Made by a program: the position numbers and the translations under genes
Part shown: positions 1 through 12,830 of the stretch, piece by piece
Position numbering within the stretch: position 1 is the stretch's first letter
Layout of the letters: each line of letters opens with the position of its first letter
The notes under the pieces: generated by a model
The model's database searches: none
The model's input: only the letters and a program-made list of their open reading frames with translations
Told to the model about the DNA's origin: nothing
Assembly (NCBI GenBank): GCA_040376255.1
Contig: JBEIQZ010000002.1
Coordinates: 1-49,481 of the forward strand
Direction: 5' to 3'
From: Alphaproteobacteria bacterium
GTDB lineage: Bacteria > Myxococcota_A > UBA796 > SXON01
Length of the DNA: 49,481 nt

Positions 1-1448
1 AGGCGCACCGCCTCCGGGTACGCCCGCTGGATCAGCCGCGCCCACGCCCGCGAGCGCCGCACCACCTCCTTCGCCGCCGACCGCTCCCGCCGCCGCGCCG
101 CCGACCGGCTCAGGCCCGGATCGGCGCCGCAGGCGTCCTCGACGAGAAACCGGTGGACCCCGTCGACGGTGGCCTGCAATTCCGGGCTGCGCTCCAGCTC
201 CGCCGCGAACGCCGCCGCAGGCTCCGCGCAGGAGAGCAGCAGCCGCGCCCGCGCCCCGTCCGCGCTCCCGGCCCGGCCGCCCGGATCGTCCTGATCCTCG
301 TCCTGATCATTGTCCTGACCGCCGAAGGCGTCGCGCAGATCGAAGAACCGCAGCCGCACCCCGGCGCGCGGGGTCAGCCGCTCCTGCTCCGCCACCACCT
401 CCTCCAGCGCTGCCCGGTAGCGGTCGCAGTCCCCGTCGGTGATCCCGACGACCTCGGCGAACACATGCCCGTCCGAGCAAAGCACCAGCTCCACCCCCGG
501 CGCGTGGAGCGCGGCGATCTGCGCGCACAGCTCCCGCAGCCCCGCCAGCGCCAGCCACTCCGCCATGTCCGGCAGCGGCCCCAGCACCTTCGACGGGTTC
601 GGGGGCCGCGCAGGGAACCCCGGCAGCACCAGCCGGATCGGCGCCGATCCCGCCATCAGCCGATCCAGCCGCGCCCCCCACACCGCCCGCATCCCCGCCG
701 CCGCCGCCGCGCGATCCGCCCCCGCCCGCAGCCGCAGCCGCCGCTCCAGCAGCCGCAGCACCGCGCCGCTCTCCCCACCCCGCTCTGCTGCGCCCGCCCC
801 GCCGAGCATCCGGCCCAGCAGCCCGTCCGCCCGCCCAAGCCACGCCTCCACCGCCGGGACGCGCCTCAGCGCCCCGGCTGACATCACGGATTCCGTTGCC
901 ATATCAAGTATATCTGCCATTATCTCTTGGGCATCTTCCCGCCCCGCGACCTGCACCTGCGCCAGCACCAGCCCCAGGTGCAGCGCATACAGCAGCCGCA
1001 CATGGCCCGCCTGATCCCGCTCCTCCGGCGCGTCCTCCGCCCCGGCGACCGCAGCGGCGAACACCGACTGCACCCGCAGCCGCACCCGCGCCGTCTCCGC
1101 CCCCAGCACGCCCGTCCGCGACCGCGCGTCCAGCCCCGCCGCCAGCAGCGCCCGCAGCAGCGCCTCCTGCGGCGCCAGCAACGCCAGCTTCCGCGCCGCC
1201 ACGAACCGGAACCGCGCCGCCACCGTCCCCGCCGGGATCTCAGGCACCGCCGCCTCCAGCGCCGCAGCGAGCTCCTCGTAGAGCGCCAGCACGAACCCCG
1301 CCCGGCCCGGGAAGTGCCGGTACGCCAGCCCCAGCGCGCACCCCGCCTCCAGCGCCACGTCCCGCATCCGCAGCTTCTCCAGCCCGCGCTCCGCGATCAG
1401 CCGCAGCGCCGCCTCCAGCAGCCGGAGCCTCGTCTGCGCTGATATCAT
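1..1448 (-). CDS. TetR-family regulator fused to isocyanide (isonitrile) synthase-like domain (PvcA/IsnA/DIT1 family); 3' end runs off the window
   Basis: Not in the ORF track (no stop inside the window). Hand translation from ATG 1448 (ATGA overlap with the stop of the upstream gene at 1445-1447) is open to base 1: MISAQTRLRLLEAALRLIAERGLEKLRMRDVALEAGCALGLAYRHF (TetR HTH) ... IRLVLPGFPARPPNPSKVLGPLPDMAEWLAL ... VELVLCSDGHVFAEVVGI ... RRSRAWARLIQRAYPEAVRL (DIT1/PvcA motifs). Frame checked at 566, 884-920 and 1448. Confidence 0.85.
   Translation of the reverse strand, partial: MISAQTRLRLLEAALRLIAERGLEKLRMRDVALEAGCALGLAYRHFPGRAGFVLALYEELAAALEAAVPEIPAGTVAARFRFVAARKLALLAPQEALLRALLAAGLDARSRTGVLGAETARVRLRVQSVFAAAVAGAEDAPEERDQAGHVRLLYALHLGLVLAQVQVAGREDAQEIMADILDMATESVMSAGALRRVPAVEAWLGRADGLLGRMLGGAGAAERGGESGAVLRLLERRLRLRAGADRAAAAAGMRAVWGARLDRLMAGSAPIRLVLPGFPARPPNPSKVLGPLPDMAEWLALAGLRELCAQIAALHAPGVELVLCSDGHVFAEVVGITDGDCDRYRAALEEVVAEQERLTPRAGVRLRFFDLRDAFGGQDNDQDEDQDDPGGRAGSADGARARLLLSCAEPAAAFAAELERSPELQATVDGVHRFLVEDACGADPGLSRSAARRRERSAAKEVVRRSRAWARLIQRAYPEAVR
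288..323. repeat. 3x 12-bp imperfect tandem repeat (GTCCTGATCNNN) encoding an acidic QDNDQDEDQDD insertion
   Basis: gtcctgatcctc / gtcctgatcatt / gtcctgaccgcc read directly from the sequence. Confidence 0.7.
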
Positions 1449-3667
1449 CCCGGCTCCCACTCCTGCTCTCCGTCCCCGTCCGACCCGTCCGGCTCCCACG
1501 GCTGCTCTCCGTCCTCCTGCTCCCCGTCCTCCTGCTCCCCGTCCTGTTCCGGCTCCCGCGCCACCCCCGGCGACATCTCAGCCCACCGCGCCCGGAGCAG
1601 CGTGAGCGCCGCCCCTTCTCCCGCGTCGCGCAGCCACCACGCGCCGTCCTCCAGCACGGCGGGGTTCTGCGCAGCGGTCGCCGCGCCGATGGCGGCAGCA
1701 GCGACGCTGAACGGGCAGCCGAGATCCCTGGCGATGTTGTCGAGCTGGATGGCGGCCTCGCGGGCCTCCTCCGGCTGATCGTGGTCGAGGTGGAGGCTCA
1801 GCAGCAGCAGCCACGCCCCGGCGGCGAGCTGCGGAGCGGCCGGGCCGAGCAGGGTCGCGGCCCAGTCGAGGTGCAGCTCTGCGGCCCCGGAGAACCCGGC
1901 GGGAAGCAGCCACGCGCCGAGCAGCAGGTGGAGCCGCCCCAGCGTCGCCTCGTCGTCCCCGTCGTCGGCCTCGTCGATGGCCTGCTCCAGCAGATCGCGC
2001 GCCTCGGCGGTCTTCCCGCGCTGGTAGAGCGCCATCGCCTCCTCCCAGCCCGCCGGGAGGGCGGCGGGCTGGAGATCAGCCGGGGCGTCGGGCATCAGCC
2101 GCCCCGCCAGAAAGCAGAGGGCGCCGCGCCGGAGCAGCCCGGTGCTGCCCTGGAGCGCCACCGCCTCCTGCGAGAGCGCGGCGAGCCGCTCCAGCGCCTC
2201 CTCCCCCTCCGCGCCGACCAGCCCCTCCACGTCGCGCCCCACCCGCACCAGCCGCCGCGCCGCCCGCTTCAGCAGCGTGTCAAACAGCGCGCAGATCCCC
2301 GAGGCCTCCTGCGGATCGAGCCACGGCAGCGCTGCCATCGCCGCCGTCGCCACCTCGACCTGCAGCAGCCCCATCGCGCTGAGCAGCGCGTTCATCCCGT
2401 CGAACAGCGCCGTCACATCGGACTCCCGGATGCCCGGGGGCGGCGCCTCCTCATCGAACAGCGCGCCGAACATCGCGTCGTAGGCGGCGAGCTCCTCGTC
2501 TGCAGATCCGATTCCCTGACCGCTCATCCGATCCTGCTGCCACAGATCCAGCGCGGGCAGCACCGAGATCGCCGCGACGCGCTCCAGCGCGCGCAGGGCG
2601 GGGCCGGGGGCCTCGTCGGCCAGATCGACGTCGGCGGGCTCGGCCAGCTCCCCCTGGACGTGCTCAAAGATTGCGGGGGCGGTGAGCTGCCCCTGCGGGG
2701 CGAGCGCGGCGGCGGCCTCCTCAGCCAGCCCGCGCGTCCGGGCGTCGAGCGCCACCTCAAGCACCGGCTCCCACTGACCGCGATCCATGCCGCTGAGGAT
2801 CAGCTCAGAGAGCGCGAGGACGTGGGCGATCGAGCCCGCGAACCCGAGCCGCTCCGTCGGGACCGGGTGGGAGGCCACCGCCACCGCCAGCAGCCGCGCG
2901 TCCGGCTGATCCGCCCAGGCCGACAGCAGCTTCAGGATCGCCGATCCGCGCCCGTAGGCGTTGTCCAGCCGGTTCAGCCCCGCCAGCAGCTCCAGCGAGA
3001 ACGGGCGCAGCGCGCACCGGAAGGCATGCCGCAGCCCCCGCGACAGCAGCCCCGGCGACCAGGGCGCCTCCCCCAGCGCCTCCTCTGCACCGGCGAAGTC
3101 CAGCAGCTCCGCGTCCTCCCCGTCCTCCTCCCCGATCCCCTCCAGCGGCGCATCCTCGTCGGGCTCCGGCAGCGAGGGCATCGGCCGCCAGCGCCCGCCC
3201 GCCCGGCGCGCGGGGTCGGCGTCCGCGTCGTCGTCGCCGCCGAAGTAGTGGCCCACCCCCCAGGGAGAATTGCCGGTGGAGGTGCCGCCCGCGTGGCCGA
3301 AGATCGGCAGCACCCGCTCGACCTCGTTGCTGTCGGCCTCCTTCTCCTGCTCCTGCTCCTCCGCCTCCTCCTCGCGCTGCTTCTGCTCCTGCGCGGTGTT
3401 GTCGCCCGAGTCGGTGGTCGTCTCGCTGCCCTGCTTGATCAGGCCCTGGAGCGCCGCGTTGCCCATGCTGGCCTGGATCTGCGCGGCGAGATCGTGGGAC
3501 AGCTCTGTCTTCTCAGCAGACTTCTCCCCCTTCTCGCCGATCTTGTCCGCCGCCTCCTTCAGCGCGTCCAGCTTCGGATCGAGCCTCTGGCTCGGCGTGT
3601 TCTTGACCGCGTCGAGGATGGAGCGCGGATCTTTGCCGTCCGGTCGTCGCTGGTAGGAGGTGGCCAT
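1445..3667 (-). CDS. Hypothetical protein: acidic/disordered N-terminus, helical core, TPR-like C-terminal region, EQEDG-repeat tail
   Basis: ORF 1445..3724 trimmed to ATG 3667 (MATSYQRR...), which has TATATT 6 nt upstream. Natural composition; TPR-like helices (WEEAMALYQRGKTAEARDLLEQAI); stop overlaps the next start. Confidence 0.75.
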   Translation of the reverse strand: MATSYQRRPDGKDPRSILDAVKNTPSQRLDPKLDALKEAADKIGEKGEKSAEKTELSHDLAAQIQASMGNAALQGLIKQGSETTTDSGDNTAQEQKQREEEAEEQEQEKEADSNEVERVLPIFGHAGGTSTGNSPWGVGHYFGGDDDADADPARRAGGRWRPMPSLPEPDEDAPLEGIGEEDGEDAELLDFAGAEEALGEAPWSPGLLSRGLRHAFRCALRPFSLELLAGLNRLDNAYGRGSAILKLLSAWADQPDARLLAVAVASHPVPTERLGFAGSIAHVLALSELILSGMDRGQWEPVLEVALDARTRGLAEEAAAALAPQGQLTAPAIFEHVQGELAEPADVDLADEAPGPALRALERVAAISVLPALDLWQQDRMSGQGIGSADEELAAYDAMFGALFDEEAPPPGIRESDVTALFDGMNALLSAMGLLQVEVATAAMAALPWLDPQEASGICALFDTLLKRAARRLVRVGRDVEGLVGAEGEEALERLAALSQEAVALQGSTGLLRRGALCFLAGRLMPDAPADLQPAALPAGWEEAMALYQRGKTAEARDLLEQAIDEADDGDDEATLGRLHLLLGAWLLPAGFSGAAELHLDWAATLLGPAAPQLAAGAWLLLLSLHLDHDQPEEAREAAIQLDNIARDLGCPFSVAAAAIGAATAAQNPAVLEDGAWWLRDAGEGAALTLLRARWAEMSPGVAREPEQDGEQEDGEQEDGEQPWEPDGSDGDGEQEWEPG

Positions 3668-8404
<4,737 letters not shown>

Positions 8405-8417
8405 CCAAGGTGACAGG

Positions 8418-9200
8418 ATGAGCGGGCGGGCCATCGCGCTGATGCTGTTCCTGCCGCTGGTGATGATCGCGGCGGTCGGGCTCGTGCTCACCGAGGAGGT
8501 GCTGCAGTCCAAGGAGGCCACCAAGGCGCAGGCGGACACCCGGAAGGATCCGCTGGTCGGCATGCGCTTCAACAGCGCAAGCCGCACCGAGAATTTCCAG
8601 CGGATGGGCTTCGATGAGAAAGAGCAGCCGCGCATCCAGAAGGAGCTGAAGATCCTCGTCGACCGGTTCGAGGTCCAGACCAACCCCGGCGGGAACCGCG
8701 TCCGCAAGATGCTGGAGCAGGTGGACGATCAGGACGCGCTGGAGGAGGCGTTCTGCCGATCCGACCGGCTGCCGGTGCGCTATGCGGCGATGAATTTCCT
8801 CCTCATCAACAAGGACGCGGGGCTGCGCCCGGTCGATCTGGCCCAGATCACCGGCCTGGAGGCGCAGGGCTGGTTCGCCGAGAAGCGCAGCGTGATCAGC
8901 AGCCTCCACGAGTCCGCCGATCTCCGCACCGACCGGCGCGAGGACTCCACCCGCATGGTCATCGGCGCCATCCTCGCCGACAAGATGGATCTGCTCCAGA
9001 AGGAGGAGGTGCCGTTCAGCTACTCCAGCCTCTCATGGAACGGCTGGAGCTGGGATCGGCTCAAGGAGATGAGCCCCGGCGTGGACGGGATCGCCATCGC
9101 CTACGTGGCCCTGCTCCAGATCGTCGGCGAGGTCGCCTTCTCAGAGGGCAGCATCTGCTACGACTCCGATCCCGCCAACGCCGAGCCGAAGAAGCCCTGA
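8418..9200 (+). CDS. Hypothetical membrane-anchored (N-terminal TM) protein
   Basis: 13 bp after the upstream stop, AGGA before the ATG; hydrophobic residues 5-25; no family recognised. Confidence 0.75.
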   Translation: MSGRAIALMLFLPLVMIAAVGLVLTEEVLQSKEATKAQADTRKDPLVGMRFNSASRTENFQRMGFDEKEQPRIQKELKILVDRFEVQTNPGGNRVRKMLEQVDDQDALEEAFCRSDRLPVRYAAMNFLLINKDAGLRPVDLAQITGLEAQGWFAEKRSVISSLHESADLRTDRREDSTRMVIGAILADKMDLLQKEEVPFSYSSLSWNGWSWDRLKEMSPGVDGIAIAYVALLQIVGEVAFSEGSICYDSDPANAEPKKP

Positions 9201-9248
9201 ACGCAGCGGAGGGCGCCGGATCGCTCCGACACCCTCCCCTGGAACCCT

Positions 9249-9268
9249 TCTGCGCCGCAGGGCGCAGA
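9249..9268. terminator. GC-rich hairpin between convergent genes (possible bidirectional terminator)
   Basis: TCTGCGCC-GCAG-GGCGCAGA perfect 8-bp stem; no strong U-tract. Confidence 0.4.
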
Positions 9269-9272
9269 CAGA

Positions 9273-9890
9273 TCAGAGCTGCTGGCTGTAGTACTCGACG
9301 ATCGACTGCGGGTTGCAGTTGAACGGCAGATCCTCGCGCTCAGGACGGATGACCATCTTGCCGGCGAATTCGGAGGGGTTGAAGTCCAGGTAGCCGGGGC
9401 GGACGCGCGAGGCGGCATGCTCCAGAGCGGCCTGAACAAAGGTGGTCTGACGGTTCTTCGGGTGGATCGCCACCACGTCGCCGGGGCTGACATGGAAGTT
9501 CGGGCGATCCGTGCGGACGCCGTTCACCATGATGTGCTGGTGGACGACCATCTGGCGCGCGCCGGGGATCGTCCGGGCGAGGCCCAGACGCCACACCACG
9601 TTGTCCAGGCGGCTCTCCAGCAGCGTGACGAGGTTGCGGCCAGCGGCACCCTTCTGACGGGTGGCCTCGACCATGTAGCGCCGGAACTGGCGCTCCTGAA
9701 TGCCGTAGTGGAAGCGCATCTTCTGCTTCTCAACCAGGCGTTCTTTGAAGTTGGACATCTTGCCCTTGCGCCGGGCGCCATGCTGGCCAGGGGCAAAAGG
9801 GCGCTTGAGCTGGGATTCGGTCGTCAGACCCGGCAGAATCTCACCGAGAGAACGGCATACCTTGAGACGGGGTCCGCGGTAACGTGCCAT
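9273..9890 (-). CDS. rpsD: 30S ribosomal protein S4
   Basis: MARYRGPRLKVCRSLG...PGQHG...LVEKQKMRFHYGIQERQFRRY...LLESRLDNVVWRLG...ARQMVVHQHIMVNG...IVEYYS; ATG 9890 preceded by AGGAG. Confidence 0.97.
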   Translation of the reverse strand: MARYRGPRLKVCRSLGEILPGLTTESQLKRPFAPGQHGARRKGKMSNFKERLVEKQKMRFHYGIQERQFRRYMVEATRQKGAAGRNLVTLLESRLDNVVWRLGLARTIPGARQMVVHQHIMVNGVRTDRPNFHVSPGDVVAIHPKNRQTTFVQAALEHAASRVRPGYLDFNPSEFAGKMVIRPEREDLPFNCNPQSIVEYYSQQL

Positions 9891-10004
9891 GAAGAGAGGC
9901 TCCTGAAGAAAAGTGCTGTCCCGGCTAATCCGCTGTGCGCTCAAATGCAAGCTGGATGACCCGGAAGATCTGGATGTCGACGGAGCATCCGGTTATCGCC
10001 CCGG

Positions 10005-10469
10005 ATGGATCAGCTCCGACAGGCCCTCTCTGGACACTTCACGCCCTCCGGCAACGCCGCTGCGCCGACCTCTATCGACGATCTCTTGCCGGATCCGGCC
10101 CGCTCCCCGTGGGCAGAGGCGCTCCGGGGCGCCGGTGTGTCCCTTCCCGCGCGGCCCACGCTCGGGCAGCTCCGCCAGCGTTCGGACGCGCTGGTGAAGG
10201 AGCTGAAGACCGCCGGGCGCAGGCGCGACGCCGATGGGCTGCAGAAGCTCCGCGACGCCTTCGAGAAGGAGCGTGAGAAGGTCGCGTGGTCGCTGATCAA
10301 GGAGTCTTTTGATCAGCACAGCCTCCCGGAGCGGGCGTGGCGGGCGCTGAAGCAGGCGCCTGACGCCGATCCGGTGGCGATCCTCCAGAAGATCCGCAAG
10401 CTCGGCGCCTCGCTCGCCGGGGCGGGGGCGGATCGGGTGCGGGACGCGCTGTTGGGAAAACAGCCGTAG
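10005..10469 (+). CDS. Hypothetical protein
   Basis: 154-aa ORF with natural helical composition and GC3 bias, divergent from rpsD. Confidence 0.65.
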   Translation: MDQLRQALSGHFTPSGNAAAPTSIDDLLPDPARSPWAEALRGAGVSLPARPTLGQLRQRSDALVKELKTAGRRRDADGLQKLRDAFEKEREKVAWSLIKESFDQHSLPERAWRALKQAPDADPVAILQKIRKLGASLAGAGADRVRDALLGKQP

Positions 10470-10497
10470 CGGCGGGCTGCGCCGCGCGGTCGCGCCG

Positions 10498-10506
10498 TGC
10501 TATAAT
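10498..10506 (+). promoter_or_regulatory. Extended -10 promoter element (TGCTATAAT)
   Basis: Perfect TGnTATAAT 24 nt upstream of the pilin-like gene, followed by a GGAGG RBS. Confidence 0.6.
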
Positions 10507-10530
10507 CAGACTCTCTGCACTGGAGGGATC

Positions 10531-11232
10531 TTGTCTGTCCTGTCCCGCCCCTCCCCCCCGCGCGCCGGGTTCAGCCTCATCGAGATGGCGATCGTCGTCG
10601 CGATCTTCGGCATCCTCGCCGCGCTGTCCTCCTCGATGGTCTCCGTCTGGATCCCGACCTGGCGCACCCGGCAGGCGGCCTACCAGTTCGCTGCAGACCT
10701 CAACCTCGCCCGCATGTCGGCGGTCAAGGACAACGTCGAGTACCGGATCGTCGTCAACATCTGGGACACCGACCTCGGCAACGCCGACGCCAACAGCGCG
10801 GGCGGCTGGCTCATCCAGCGCGGGAACCTCGCCCAGTCCTCGACGGTCTGGGACACGCTGCCGGTCGATGACGGCGTGGTGATGGACGGCACCGGGACGA
10901 TCGTCATCAGCGAGGGCGGCACAAGCTCCCTCCCCTGGGTCAGCCTCCAGCAGCCCGCTGTCACGACGGTGACCTTCTCCCCGCGCGGCTGGGTGCAGAA
11001 CACCGTCGGCGACTTCAGCACCGACGGCTACATCCACTTCTACTTCATCAACAAGCGGAAGTACGTCGAGGATGGCGCCGAGGAGGTCTGGGAGGTGATG
11101 GCGGCGCGGGGCGGCATCGTGCGGCTCCAGCCGGGGACGAACCTCTGGGTGCCTGAAAACGACATCGGCATCGGAGAGGCCAGCACCGCAGGCGCCTCCA
11201 CCGGCTACATCGGCGGGCATGCGCCCAACTGA
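10531..11232 (+). CDS. Prepilin-type N-terminal cleavage/methylation protein (FimT/GspH-like minor pilin or pseudopilin)
   Basis: RAG|FSLIEMAIVVAIFGILAAL class III signal; ADLNLARMSAV and TVTFSPRG motifs typical of FimT/GspH; TTG start after GGAGG. Confidence 0.88.
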   Translation: MSVLSRPSPPRAGFSLIEMAIVVAIFGILAALSSSMVSVWIPTWRTRQAAYQFAADLNLARMSAVKDNVEYRIVVNIWDTDLGNADANSAGGWLIQRGNLAQSSTVWDTLPVDDGVVMDGTGTIVISEGGTSSLPWVSLQQPAVTTVTFSPRGWVQNTVGDFSTDGYIHFYFINKRKYVEDGAEEVWEVMAARGGIVRLQPGTNLWVPENDIGIGEASTAGASTGYIGGHAPN

Positions 11233-11248
11233 GGGCGGGCCGGACGGG

Positions 11249-11797
11249 CTAACCCGATGTACCGGCGCAGATGTCGATGGGATCGGGGCTGGTCACCAGC
11301 TCGACGGTGGCGGTGGCCTCGCGTCCGGCGCTGTCGAGCGCCCGGATCGTCAGCCGGATCGGCTGGCCGCAGATCAGCTCCGGCGGGGTGTCGGCGTCCC
11401 CCTCGCTGAGCGCGCTCACGTCCAGGTAGCCGTACATGTTGGTATAGAACCCGGAGCAGTCGCCCATGTCCTTGAGCTGTACGCGATAATGATTGTCTGA
11501 GATGCGCGTCCCGTCGAGGAGATCGATGGTGTAGGCCAATTCCACGATCCGGTCGGTGTGGTGTACCATCACGCTCGCGACGATGTGCCACCCGCCCTGC
11601 GGGCCGTGCACCATCGTCACCTCGGCCCCGTCCGCCACCGGGATGAACTCTGTCGTGCCGTCACCGATCCCGATCAGCGGCGCATCGACGAAGCAGGGAT
11701 CGGTGGTTGTGGACGCGGAATCATCTGCAGACTCCTTCTCACCGGGACAACCAATCAGCAAGAGCAGCCCGGACAGCAGAGACATCCAATCCTCCAC
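11249..11797 (-). CDS. Hypothetical lipoprotein
   Basis: LLLLIGC lipobox (start GTG 11797 or ATG 11785 after GAGGA); MVHGPQGGWHI motif. Confidence 0.75.
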   Translation of the reverse strand: MEDWMSLLSGLLLLIGCPGEKESADDSASTTTDPCFVDAPLIGIGDGTTEFIPVADGAEVTMVHGPQGGWHIVASVMVHHTDRIVELAYTIDLLDGTRISDNHYRVQLKDMGDCSGFYTNMYGYLDVSALSEGDADTPPELICGQPIRLTIRALDSAGREATATVELVTSPDPIDICAGTSG

Positions 11798-11812
11798 CGG
11801 CTGATCATAACA

Positions 11813-12268
11813 TCATCCTCCGGCACCCAGCGCCCCGGAGGTCACCCGCTCCGGCACTGGCGCCCGGAGCGGCGGCAGCGACACCGGCTCCCCGCGCCGC
11901 TGCCGCTCCACCTGCGCCTCCAGCCCCGCCGCCTCGGCGCAGGCAGCGATCTCCCGGCGGAGCCGCCCGAGCCGGATGCCGCCGGTCACCTCAGGCATCC
12001 CCGCCAGCTTCGCCTCCGCCTTCTGCCACTGCCCCTGCGCGCCGCGCGGGTTGTTGCGGCGCAGGTGCTCCAGCCCCACCGCGAGCTGCAGGACGCCCTG
12101 CACCAGCAGGAACGCCTCAGAGCCCCGCTCCAGCCCCCGCCAGAGCCGCTCCAGCACCTCGTGGGCGGTGAACCACTCCCCCGCAGCGAACAGCGCCAGC
12201 CCCTCCTGCCAGTCCGCCTCCGCCGGGAGCTGATCCGGGTGCAGCAGGCGCCGCGCCTGATCAGACAC
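11813..12268 (-). CDS. DUF309 domain protein
   Basis: GLALFAAGEWFTAHEVLERLW...QGVLQLAVGLEHLRRNNPRGA matches the DUF309 pattern. Confidence 0.85.
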   Translation of the reverse strand: MSDQARRLLHPDQLPAEADWQEGLALFAAGEWFTAHEVLERLWRGLERGSEAFLLVQGVLQLAVGLEHLRRNNPRGAQGQWQKAEAKLAGMPEVTGGIRLGRLRREIAACAEAAGLEAQVERQRRGEPVSLPPLRAPVPERVTSGALGAGG

Positions 12269-12722
12269 TCCAGCGCGCCTCGGCCACCGTCAGCGTGTCC
12301 CGGTGGACCCGATCCTCCTCGGCCATCTTCGCGAAGAGATCTTCAAACTCCGGCCGGCCGAGCAGCATCCGGGTGCGCCCGTGCAGCTCCTCGCTGCTCT
12401 CCTCGACGCGGCGGGCGATGTTCAGCGCCTCGCGGATGGTGATCGGGGTGGTGGGCTGCTCGTACTGCTGGCGCAGGGAGCGGAGCTGCTCCAGGAAGGT
12501 GCGGGAGGGCTGCGGATCAGCGTCGCCCTCAGCGGCCGGGGTGAACGTCGCCTGCAGGATGCGGATGCTGGCGGCGTGGTACCGCTCGGCCTCCGCGTAG
12601 TGGCGCCAGAAGTACACCATCTCCGCCCGGCCCTGGAAGCAGCGCGCGAAGACCTCATAGAGGCCCGCACACTCCAGCTCGATCGACACCGCCAGCTCAA
12701 TCATCTCTGCAGGTCCAGCCAT
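12261..12722 (-). CDS. Ferritin-like / rubrerythrin-like di-iron four-helix bundle protein
   Basis: AVSIELECAGLY...EAERYH...ARRVEE...EEDRVH: repeated E / ExxH pattern; overlaps the DUF309 start. Confidence 0.75.
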   Translation of the reverse strand: MAGPAEMIELAVSIELECAGLYEVFARCFQGRAEMVYFWRHYAEAERYHAASIRILQATFTPAAEGDADPQPSRTFLEQLRSLRQQYEQPTTPITIREALNIARRVEESSEELHGRTRMLLGRPEFEDLFAKMAEEDRVHRDTLTVAEARWSV

Positions 12723-12830
12723 TCGGTTCCTCAGCGCAGCACAGCGTAGTAACCGCGAGCGCCTCCGGCTACTGCCCGGAGCGCAGAGACACGCGCTTCT
12801 GTGGGATCACAGACCAGATCAGAGGCTGGA

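Noticed and set aside
110-1442. Short ORFs listed in the first 1.4 kb (110..310, 153..881, 307..843, 439..1014, 927..1442)
   Set aside because: All are shadows of the unlisted minus-strand TetR-isocyanide synthase frame.
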